Made by a program: the position numbers and the translations under genes. Shown one piece after another: positions 9,396-18,800 of a stretch of 63,500 nt of DNA. Source of the stretch: Verrucomicrobiota bacterium (lineage in GTDB: Bacteria; Verrucomicrobiota; Kiritimatiellia; JAAZAB01); the NCBI GenBank assembly GCA_018898455.1, contig JAHIJO010000090.1:1-63500 (forward strand), given 5' to 3'. The notes below the pieces were generated by a model that was given only the letters and a program-made list of their open reading frames with translations, had not been told where the DNA came from and did no database searches. Numbering within the stretch: the first letter of the stretch is position 1; each line of letters opens with the position of its first letter.

Positions 9396-11113
9396 CGGTT
9401 ATTCTCTTTGACAGGATCGGGGTCGAGAATGGCCTTCAAATCCTCCGTTGCCGTGGTAATCGGAATGATATTGAATTTATCGATCAGGATCTTCAGTACC
9501 CCTGGCGTCAGGCAGGCCGGCAGGCTGGGACCCAGCCGCATGTTCCGGATGCCGAGATGCAGGAGCGTGAGCAGAATGCACACGGCTTTCTGCTCAAACC
9601 AGGAGAGAATAAATGAGAGCGGCAGATTGTTGACCCCGCATTTGAAGACGTTGGCCAGGGCCAGGGCAATCCGGATGGCCGAGTAGGCGTCGTTGCATTG
9701 GCCGCAATCGAGCAGGCGGGGAATCCCGCCCAGGGTGCCGAAGTCCAGCTTATTGAACCGGTACTTGCCGCAGGCCAGGGTCAGAATGATGCAATCGTCA
9801 GGAACTTGTTGCGCGAAATCGGTGTAATAGTTGCGGCCGCTCTTGGCGCCGTCGCATCCGCCGATGAGGAAAAAGCGCCGCAGGGTGCCGGACTTGACGG
9901 CCTGCACGACTTTATCGGCGACATTCAAGACGGTCTGATGGCCGAATCCGACCAGGATCGTCTTTTTCGGACCGTCCATTTTGAATCCTTCCGCCGCCAG
10001 GGCTGCCTGGATGACCAGCGTGAAGTCGCGATTCGCGATATGGCCCACGCCCGGCCAGGCGACCAGTCCGCAGGTAAAGATCCGGTTTTGGTAACTGGCG
10101 TTGGGTTTCTGGATGCAGTTGGTGGTCATCAGAATGGCGCCGGGAAATTCCTCGAATTCCGTCCGCTGGTTCTGCCAGGCGCCGCCATAGTTGCCCACGA
10201 GATGCTTGTGTTTTTTTAATGCGGGGTAGCCGTGGGCGGGAAGCATTTCCCCATGGGTGTACACGTTGATCCCCTTACCCTCGGTCTGTTTGAGGATTTC
10301 TTCCAGGTCCTTGAGATCGTGGCCGGAGACGACAATGGCCTTGCCTTTCAAGGGATGAATGCGAACCGGCGTCGGAACCGGGTGTCCGTAAGCGCCGGTA
10401 TTGGCGGCATCGAGCAGTTCCATGGCTTTCAGGTTTACTTCCCCGCATTTCAGGCAAAGTTTCAGCAGGTCGTCCGCTGTGGTAGGGGGAGTGCGCTGTT
10501 CACTGCGCCCGGAAGCGATATTTGCCGTGGGCTGATGATCGGTCAGCAGGGCGCTCAACGCTTCATGGAAGAACGCATAAACCGCGTCGTCTTCTTTGCC
10601 CAGGATTAAAGCGTGGTCCGCGTAGGCGGCCGTGCCTTTTAGACCGGAAGTTAGGAGTTCCTGCAAGCCCGCGATATCATCGCCCAGCGCTGCCTTGCGC
10701 TTCGGGATGCCAATGGCTTCGCCTTGCCTGATCAGGCCGACCGGATCCTTGGCAAGCGGTTCGGTTGACGCGCCGGTAACGGCTTCCGGAGTTTTGCCCT
10801 TTTTTAGACAGGCTTTTTCATAAAGAGCTTTGGCCTGATCCTTGATCGCGGCGGATTCATCGAGAAGCGTCTGCAGACGCGCCGGATCAAAATTTACATT
10901 GGTGACTGTTGAAAACAAGGCTTTCAGGATGAACTGGTCAATGACCGGTTCTGTGGCATCCAACTGGCGGGCCCGGTGGGCCCAGGCGCCGATCTGTTTT
11001 GTCTGGTAAACCAGTAAATCCTGAAGAGCGGCCGTCTGGGCGTCCTTGCCGCAGACCCCCTGGACGGTGCATCCGGTTCCCTTGGCTGTTTGTTCGCATT
11101 GGAAACAAAACAT
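9392..11113 (-). CDS. hcp: Hybrid cluster protein (hydroxylamine reductase)
   Basis: MFCFQCEQ...CTVQGVCGK, SGHDLKD, THGEMLPAH, TTNC, GCDG, CGQCND, EQKA. Confidence 0.97.
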   Translation of the reverse strand: MFCFQCEQTAKGTGCTVQGVCGKDAQTAALQDLLVYQTKQIGAWAHRARQLDATEPVIDQFILKALFSTVTNVNFDPARLQTLLDESAAIKDQAKALYEKACLKKGKTPEAVTGASTEPLAKDPVGLIRQGEAIGIPKRKAALGDDIAGLQELLTSGLKGTAAYADHALILGKEDDAVYAFFHEALSALLTDHQPTANIASGRSEQRTPPTTADDLLKLCLKCGEVNLKAMELLDAANTGAYGHPVPTPVRIHPLKGKAIVVSGHDLKDLEEILKQTEGKGINVYTHGEMLPAHGYPALKKHKHLVGNYGGAWQNQRTEFEEFPGAILMTTNCIQKPNASYQNRIFTCGLVAWPGVGHIANRDFTLVIQAALAAEGFKMDGPKKTILVGFGHQTVLNVADKVVQAVKSGTLRRFFLIGGCDGAKSGRNYYTDFAQQVPDDCIILTLACGKYRFNKLDFGTLGGIPRLLDCGQCNDAYSAIRIALALANVFKCGVNNLPLSFILSWFEQKAVCILLTLLHLGIRNMRLGPSLPACLTPGVLKILIDKFNIIPITTATEDLKAILDPDPVKENNR

Positions 11114-11313
11114 CTTGTGCCTCACTTTCCGGGATAACTCTATGAATCAGGAAATGGTCGGGTCATGTCGAGAAAATAATCCCATGCCCTGCATCATATC
11201 AGAAACCGGCTGGCTCATAGCAAGGGAAAAAACAGAAATATTTTTCGCCCCAAGCTTGTCAATCCGAAGACCTCGGGCAAGGGCTCGTTGGAGTGCGAAA
11301 CGGCAAATTCCTG

Positions 11314-11354
11314 CTGATTTCTATTTTGACGGCCGTCAAAATAGAAATCAGGTT
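11314..11354. repeat. 38-bp perfect palindrome with ACC foot
   Basis: CTGATTTCTATTTTGACGG|CCGTCAAAATAGAAATCAG (11314-11351), no loop, followed by GT. Confidence 0.9.
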
Positions 11355-11652
11355 ATCGACGCGTGGGCCAGGCGGTTGTTTACGAGTTTTACTCTCCCCC
11401 GCAAAGGATATGTCCTCCATTCAGGATAAATCGTTGTCCCCGAATTGTTCTGCCACGAGAAGTTTCATTATAGTAGCCACTCTACGTGTAGTATTTTTCC
11501 TCAATCCTCTATAATATGAGGAATTACGAGGAATTGTAATAAAGCAATAGATTTGTTGGACTGCATGATATAGTGCCCAAAAGGAATTGAAGAAAATTAA
11601 ACAAAAACCAATATCTACTGTGTCTTTATATATAGAAGGGGCGGAGTGTGGC

Positions 11653-12204
11653 ATGGACGACGCAGGAAATGTCGAACGAATCCACGACCTGATCCGGCAG
11701 AACGACCCCTCCGCCCTGGATTTGATTTATGACACATTTGGCGCCCGATTGTATCGGTATGTGCTGGTTATGCTGGGAGATGTAGGCATGTCAGAAGACG
11801 TTTTGCAAAATGTGTTCGTGCGCCTCGCTGAAAACCGGGAATGCTTGGCGCGGGTAGAGAACCTGGCGGGTTATCTCTTTATCATGGCGCGCAACCTGGC
11901 CTTGAATGTTCGCCGCAGCCGGGCGAAGAAAGAGGAGAATATCGAGGATTATGCCAATATCCTGGCGACGGAAGCAGATGATCCGGGAGCCGTTGACGAT
12001 CGAGATCAGCTGCTCAAAGCGTTGCTGAAGTTGCCGCTGGAACAGAGGGAAGTGATTGCCATGAAATGCTGGCAGGATATGACTTTTGATGAAATTGCGG
12101 ATTCCTTGAAGATATCGCTGAACACGGTGGCCAGCCGCTACCGGTATGCGTTGAAGAAATTACGCGAACATTTGATGCGTGGGAATAATATGTTCCGGCT
12201 GTAG
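11653..12204 (+). CDS. ECF RNA polymerase sigma factor
   Basis: Region 2 EDVLQNVFVRL...YLFIMARNLALN; region 4 LPLEQREVIAMK...EIADSLKISLNTVASRYRYA. Confidence 0.92.
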   Translation: MDDAGNVERIHDLIRQNDPSALDLIYDTFGARLYRYVLVMLGDVGMSEDVLQNVFVRLAENRECLARVENLAGYLFIMARNLALNVRRSRAKKEENIEDYANILATEADDPGAVDDRDQLLKALLKLPLEQREVIAMKCWQDMTFDEIADSLKISLNTVASRYRYALKKLREHLMRGNNMFRL

Positions 12205-12309
12205 AAGCGGCTCCCCCGTCGGCAACCAAGGGGCCACTTGCCGCGACTCGTCGCGGCGACGTGGTCAGAGCCGCTTGATTCAGTGCTTAGGAATTTAAAG
12301 GGGACCAAC

Positions 12310-12738
12310 ATGAACGATCAGGACATTGAAAAATCCCTTTCCCGGCTCCAGGTCAAGTCGCCGGATGCCGGCGTCCGCCAGCGGGTCCTGACGGCAGCGC
12401 ATCAGGCCTGGGCTCAGCCCCGGGGTGTCAGGGTTCCCTTCCCGGTGATCGGATTTCGATGGGTTATCGGTTACGCCTGCGCCGCGGCGCTTCTGATTCT
12501 TCTGAACGGGATTTACTCCCAGTGGGATTCCATGCAGATGGCCGAAATTCTGACGCCTACGGTGGCGGAACAACCCATGGACCCGGAAATGAAGGAGTTC
12601 TATACCGAACTGGGCCGGGACCCCAGAATCTTTCAAAGATTCAGCCTGATGGCTCGCCCCATCCGAAATAGCGGAAGCCCGGTTGTGTTATGGAAACAGC
12701 GTCAGGAATGGATGAGGTCCCTGGAGTTGGAGAGTTAA
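12310..12738 (+). CDS. Putative single-TM anti-sigma-like protein
   Basis: Directly follows the ECF sigma; short cytoplasmic N-terminus (IEKSLSRLQVKSP...RQRVL) and one TM segment. Confidence 0.5.
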   Translation: MNDQDIEKSLSRLQVKSPDAGVRQRVLTAAHQAWAQPRGVRVPFPVIGFRWVIGYACAAALLILLNGIYSQWDSMQMAEILTPTVAEQPMDPEMKEFYTELGRDPRIFQRFSLMARPIRNSGSPVVLWKQRQEWMRSLELES

Positions 12739-12789
12739 GAATTTCAGATCATTCGCTAAAATAATGGGTTAATAGAGTTGTGACATGAC

Positions 12790-12896
12790 TATTCAGGTTA
12801 TCCACCTTTGGAGTGCGGTAGCCGGCGCTACCGTTTTTCCCCGGCGAAGCATGGCTTCGCCGAAAGCAAAGCGCAAGCGCGGGCTTGCGCACTCCA
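12790..12896. repeat. GGAGTGCG...CGCACTCC REP-like cassette (family B)
   Basis: Terminal inverted repeats, internal hairpin CGGCGAAGC-atg-GCTTCGCCG; inverted homolog at 39286-39393. Confidence 0.8.
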
Positions 12897-12976
12897 TATA
12901 AATTTTGGCCACACAGGGCGTGCGGCCGCCGGGACTCCTGAATACCATAATAGTTACAACAAATGAAAGGTCGAGC

Positions 12977-14404
12977 ATGCAAACATTCAAGAAAATCATG
13001 AAATGGATCGGAATCGTTCCGGGTGCGCTGGTTCTCATTGTCATCGTCGTGCGTATTATTCTCGATATTGTCTTCGGTATCGAACTCCGAGCGACCCTGC
13101 GCGAACTCAAGGCCCAGGGGAGACCACTGACCTATGCCGAGTTCGTGCCGCCACCTGTGCCGGACACCGACAACGCGGCGTTGCTGATGAAGGAAGCCAT
13201 GGAGCTGATCCCGGCGCAGACGAACTCCGCTCCCAGCGCCCTGAAAAGCCTGATGGCTATTATCGAAACCAATGCCATAGTATGTACGGATATCACCAGT
13301 TGGACAGACGCCCAGAGGGAAGAGGGGGCAAGACTGATTCAATCGAACGAAGTGAAAGAATGGTATACGCTTCTGGAAAAAGCCGCCCAGCGTCCTCACT
13401 TTAATAATAATCTGGATTGGAGCCGGGGGCCAGACATAAAATTGATGAATTTAGGCCTCTGCCGGAGGATGCTCCGTGTGCTGGCTGTCAAAGCCGGGTT
13501 CGAGGGTCAAGGCGGAAACCTTGATCAGGCCATGGACAACATCCTTACCGGATTGAAATTGAGCAATAAGTTGGGTGAAGAACCGGCGCTCGTCACCCAA
13601 CTTGCTCGGGTGGCTTGCGACCTGATTCTTATTGGCGAACTGGAGCGCCTGGTCGATGCTATTCCGCGAAGCGGTGAAGCTTCTTCGCCACTAAGCACGA
13701 GTGCCTTGGATATTCCCGCAGAGCCAACACGGGCGCTTATTGCCGAACTGGCGTTGCATACCGATATGATGCCGTGGAGAAAAAGTATGGATGTTGATAG
13801 GGTGGGGGTGGGGATGTGGATCTTTGATCATCTGATAAGTGGTTCACCGGTGGCAATGTACGAATTCCTATCCCTGTCTCCCGATATCTGCCCGAGATTA
13901 ATGGCATGGACTTTTGTTGTTATCAGACCGGTTTTAAAAAAAGATTACATTGTCTATCTAAAGCTAGTACCCGAGATTCAAAGACGTTTCGAAATACCTT
14001 ACTATCAGATTGCCGATATCATGAAGCAGAAACCCATTGAAGAGCGAATTCCGAGTTATGCAATGTTCTCACGTATATTACTGAGTCCGAGTTACGAGAA
14101 AGTTCGTGAAAGGGTTGCGGTCCATCAAGCAGAAGTGGAAGTCTGCCGGGTCGGCCTTGCGCTGAAGTTGTTCAAGCAGAAATCCGGCGCCTATCCCGAC
14201 GTGCCGGACAAGCTGGCGCCGGAGTTCATGGAGTCCGTTCCCGTGGATCCGTTCACCGGGAAGCCGCTGGTTTACCGGAAGGCGGGCGACGGGTTCCTGC
14301 TTTACAGCCTGGGTCCGAACCTGAAGGATGATAGCGGCAAGCCCAGATCGCGTTCCGGCCAAGCCGCGGAAGATACCGATATCGTCTGGAAATGCGAAAA
14401 ATAG
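12977..14404 (+). CDS. Membrane-anchored hypothetical protein with GspG-like C-terminal motif
   Basis: N-terminal TM; PPPVPDTDNAA motif; C-terminal PVDPFTGKPLVY...LLYSLGPNLKDDSG. Confidence 0.7.
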   Translation: MQTFKKIMKWIGIVPGALVLIVIVVRIILDIVFGIELRATLRELKAQGRPLTYAEFVPPPVPDTDNAALLMKEAMELIPAQTNSAPSALKSLMAIIETNAIVCTDITSWTDAQREEGARLIQSNEVKEWYTLLEKAAQRPHFNNNLDWSRGPDIKLMNLGLCRRMLRVLAVKAGFEGQGGNLDQAMDNILTGLKLSNKLGEEPALVTQLARVACDLILIGELERLVDAIPRSGEASSPLSTSALDIPAEPTRALIAELALHTDMMPWRKSMDVDRVGVGMWIFDHLISGSPVAMYEFLSLSPDICPRLMAWTFVVIRPVLKKDYIVYLKLVPEIQRRFEIPYYQIADIMKQKPIEERIPSYAMFSRILLSPSYEKVRERVAVHQAEVEVCRVGLALKLFKQKSGAYPDVPDKLAPEFMESVPVDPFTGKPLVYRKAGDGFLLYSLGPNLKDDSGKPRSRSGQAAEDTDIVWKCEK

Positions 14405-14545
14405 TCTGTGAGCCGAATATAGCGATCTTCGGAATGCCGTTTTTAGATTCTACTTTGTAGCAAATTCAGGCGGCTCGGCGCCGCCCTCAGCAGGCAAGCA
14501 ACTTGTTAATTACAAACAAGTAGTGGATAAACCGATATTTCAAGT

Positions 14546-14637
14546 TACTTGGGAGAATCTAGCCAAATATTGTCGAACATTTTTTGATAGAGTTGTCGTA
14601 CTTTGGAGTGCGGGAGCCGAACAAATCGAATTGAAAT
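14546..14637. repeat. Internally deleted composite repeat (family B with shared flanks)
   Basis: 14546-14587 matches 58981-59022; followed by TTGGAGTGCGGGAGCC and a CAAATCGAATT flank like 59151-59161. Confidence 0.7.
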
Positions 14638-14714
14638 CCAGGTGGCGGATGTGCCTTTAACAGGAAAAATGGGCGACTAAAGGTCCGTCCAGAAGAAGGA
14701 AAGGACAATATAGT

Positions 14715-15863
14715 ATGCGCAAATTCGTCATGGCGTTCCTGATCGGAGCAGTCTTGTTGTTGGCTGTGTTTTTAGTGATTACGGGCCGTTCCTTCATCGG
14801 CGATCGGGACATGGGCCAAACAACTGTGGCGAAGGTCACGCTGGCATTGCCGCCGGTTAAACCAGGAGCCGTATCCGGTTTAGTCGGGCTTGGGAACAGG
14901 TCCCTCGTCCCACCGCAAATGCCTGCACCGCAAAAAGCGCCAGACACCAATGTGCCTCCATTGCTCAAGCGGCTTTTGCGCGACGCCGAAGCCGGCAAAC
15001 TAACCCGTGAGCAGATCGAACCTTATCTGCGCGAGAACAAACGTAGCGCCAACAGTCTGCTTGTGGCCGCGCGCATTACCGGGGACATCGCTCTACTCAG
15101 AGAAGCGGCAGCGAAATTTCCAAATGACCCGCGGGTGCTGCTTGATTGGTTTCTGCGCGGTGACGCCACGCCCGGCGAACGCCGCCAGGCGCTGGATGCC
15201 TTCCGCCGGGTGGAACCCCAAAATGCGCTGGGTGATTATCTTTCCGCACTCGACCATTTTAAGAACGGCAATGTGGACGAAGCGATGAGGGACATGTGGC
15301 AGTCTCGTGACAAAGACCCGATGGATGAGTATTTTCGGGAAACCGTGCAGGACGCCGAAGAGGCCTATAGGGTGGCGGGATACTCTCGCGCTGAGGCAGC
15401 GGTTGCGGCGGCCTATGGGGCGGAACTTCCGCAATTGTCCAAATTCAGAGAATTGTCCCTGCGCTTGCTTGACTTGCAGGATCAATATGCACAAGCTGGT
15501 GACACCGACATGGCCCAGAGCGTCATCGAGATGGGCCTATTGCTCGGATCGCAGATGCAAGGGGCAGCTAACAGCGCACTTCTTAGCATGATTGGGGGGA
15601 TGAGTATCGAACGGCAAGTTCTGCAACGTCTCGATCCCGACGCAGTGCTTACCGCCAGCGGGCAGACGGTTGGTGAGCGTCTGACGGAACTGGAGCAGCA
15701 TACGCAAATAATCCGGAAACTCGGGGACGACCCTGATCTGCAGCTCTCGAAGCTCGACGCGAATGAAGTCGCCAGCTTATTTGAACGCGCCAAGCTCTTC
15801 GGCGAACTTGAGGCATTCCGCTGGCTGCAAAACAAACATGGAAGCGGAACTACCACGCCGTGA
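14715..15863 (+). CDS. Hypothetical exported/anchored helical protein
   Basis: 382-aa ORF with N-terminal hydrophobic segment and a Pro-rich linker; no family recognised. Confidence 0.7.
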   Translation: MRKFVMAFLIGAVLLLAVFLVITGRSFIGDRDMGQTTVAKVTLALPPVKPGAVSGLVGLGNRSLVPPQMPAPQKAPDTNVPPLLKRLLRDAEAGKLTREQIEPYLRENKRSANSLLVAARITGDIALLREAAAKFPNDPRVLLDWFLRGDATPGERRQALDAFRRVEPQNALGDYLSALDHFKNGNVDEAMRDMWQSRDKDPMDEYFRETVQDAEEAYRVAGYSRAEAAVAAAYGAELPQLSKFRELSLRLLDLQDQYAQAGDTDMAQSVIEMGLLLGSQMQGAANSALLSMIGGMSIERQVLQRLDPDAVLTASGQTVGERLTELEQHTQIIRKLGDDPDLQLSKLDANEVASLFERAKLFGELEAFRWLQNKHGSGTTTP

Positions 15864-15885
15864 GCAAGCGGATAATTCCCGTTTC

Positions 15886-18800
15886 TTACTGCACGACAAC
15901 GGTCACTTTATCAAACAGGATTTGACCGTTTAGGTCCAGAATGCCGTCCATCGGATAATCAACGGCAAACCAGAACGTGTATAAACCAACTTGCAAACCG
16001 GTTATCTTCAACACTTCCGTGGCCGGCAGATTGAACAAACCACCCTGGTACACCGGATGACAATTTAAAAGGTTCCCATCAAACTCTGTCCACTGATCTG
16101 AATTGTTCAGGTAATACCAGGACGATCCGGCAAAAGCAACAACCCACCAGTCAACTTCTGCGCCCTCATAAATGTCCGCGTTCATTTCGATGGTAATGGA
16201 CATGGCGTCCGGATAATTGATGGTGGTTGCCCCCGCTGTGCCATTGGCCTTGATTGTTGGTCCGATTGCGGGTTTCACATACCCGCTATCGCCGGCGCTG
16301 AAACCACTGGCGTCCGCGGCGTTCACGGCTTTCACCCAGTAATACAGAATAGTCCCGGGCGTTGTGGCGGCAGTCAGATCGTCATAGGTTGTAGTTGCGG
16401 TTGTGCCCAAGTTGGAGACGCTTGCTATGTTAGTGCCTGCACTCCGCCATACCTCATAGCTCGTAGCTCCGCTTGCCGCGTCCCATGTGACCGCCACCTT
16501 GTTTGAGTAGATCCCATCCGACGCGACCAGGTTTTGCGGCGGAAGAAGGGTTGAAATATCTTTCACCGTCACGGTCTTGGTTACGTTTGCCGCCGAATTC
16601 CAGTTGGTATTCCCAGCCTGACTGGCAATGATGCTGACTGTTCCCACGCCGGTAAAGCTCAAAAGTGTGCCGCCCGTGATAACACCCGGCCCAGAGCCGA
16701 TCGTAAAGGTCACCGGCAGTCCGGAGGCCGCCGTAGCCGACAAGGTTACCTGACTTGTAACCCATTGATCCGGGATGGCCGGGAACGTGATCGTCTGGTT
16801 CGCCTTGGCAACAATAAGCGTGCTGTTGGCAACACCCTGGTAGTTCCCATCGCTAATCGTACCGATCACATCATACGACCCCGCATTCACCGGCGCTGTT
16901 GCATTCCCATCGTACATAACGACTACACTCAGGCCGGCCGGCACGGTTGTGGCCGTTACGCTCCGGACCGTCCCGTCATAGGTCTGCGTCAGATTGCCCA
17001 GAAACACGGAGGCCAGGTTCTTGCCCACGTTGAACGTGTTCATCACGTCCGGCGCCGCATTCCAGTTCGGGTCCCCAGCCTGACTCGCCCTCACCCTCAC
17101 CACCCCCGAGTTGGCAAACGTCAGGTTCGTCCCGCTGAGTACTCCCGGACCCGACACCAGCGCAAAGTTCGTCACCGCCAATCCAGACGACGCTGTCGCG
17201 CTCAAATGCACCGTGTTGGTCACGGCCTGTTGGCCGGGATTCGGGAACGTTATCGTCTGATTCCCTTTGTTCACCATCAGGGTCGCCACCGCGCTCGTCA
17301 CCGCGTTCACCACGTTGCTGACCAGGCACCGGTAATTGCCCGCATCGCCGGACGCCACCGATCCGATCGTGTAGGTCGCGTTCGTTGCCGAACCTATGTT
17401 TACCGTATTCTTCTGCCACTGGTAATACAGCGGAGCCGTGCCCGACGCCCCCACGGTGAAGCTCGCGGCAGTACCAGGATTGTTGGTTAACGAGACAGGC
17501 TGGGTCGTGATCGCCGCCGGCACCATGGTGTCATACGTCACCGTGTTATCCGTGCTGATCGAAGCCTGATTCCCATTCCCCGCCCCATCATGCGCCACTC
17601 CAACGCCCACAGTCACGATCACGGTTCCGTTACCCGTCATCCCGCTCACCGCCGCCTGGTAATTTGTGCCGCTACCGGTCACCGCCGCCGTCGTCGCCCC
17701 CGCCGTACCGCCAATCGTCACGTCCCCGTCCGTAAAATCGCTCACCGGCTCGCTAAACGCCACCGTAAAACGGATCGGCCCCGCGTTCGTCGGATCCGCC
17801 TGACCTGCCGCCTGGTTTACCGTCACGGACGGTGACGTACCGTCGCTATACCCGGTATCGACGGCGCCAAATTCGCTTAGACACACCGCATTCGTTGCCT
17901 TGATCCAGTAATAATACAAGATATCGGCGGCCACGGACGCATCCTCATATGTCAATCCTGATGCCACGCCCACCCGCGCCGCCGTATTGGTGTTGTTTGC
18001 CGTGTTTCGCCACACCTCGTAACCGCCGGCGTCTGCCACGCTATCCCAGCTCACGACCACCTTGGCCTGATATGCGCCATCACTGGCGGCCACCCCGATC
18101 GGCGGCGCAACCGACCGGTCCGCGGCTTCCGGCGTGTTGCCGTAGCGGCCCATATCCACGCGGTTGCCGCTTGGATACGGCTCATTGGCATACGCCGAGC
18201 CAGGATCGCCGGTATCAAGGCAGGGGGAGCTATTCTGTAGGTGGTAATCACGTGTCACGGCGCTTACAAACAAAGGATTGGTTGAAAGGTTTCCCGTTCC
18301 GATTCCCGGCCAAGTTGAATTGATGTCGGTGTAGTTCACCGCCAGAACACAGGAGGGTGCTTTGCTCATGGTGGCGGTATTATTCCAAAAGATGGAATTG
18401 TGCAATTCCAGCCTGGAATTGCCGGCGGCCACGACGGCGGATATATTGCTGACAAAGGTTCCGTTTTCGAACAAAGTGTTGCCCTGATTCTCCGTACGGA
18501 AGGCACCCTTGTTATGGCAGAATAGAGCGTTGCGGATGTCAAGTACCGTGTTCGTGGAGAGCCCATCCGCGGAATTGAGGATGATGTTCGTCGCATCGTT
18601 GTCCGTCCACGTCAGTTCGCGGGTGAAGAGATAATGATCGTTGGCGGCATACTCCATGACGGCGCGCGCGGCAACGTTGCTTGCAAAACGGCATGCATTC
18701 AGCCAGCTCCACGGTTCCATGGTCGAGTTGCGGAGGCCGTCAACCACGCGCAAGACCGTATCGTTGGAGCTGTTGCCGACGAAATCGACATCTGACATAT

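Noticed and set aside
11314-11360. Integron attC sites for the TCAGGTT-ending hairpins
   Set aside because: No RYYYAAC/GTTRRRY pair, no extrahelical-base pattern, no cassette array and no integrase.
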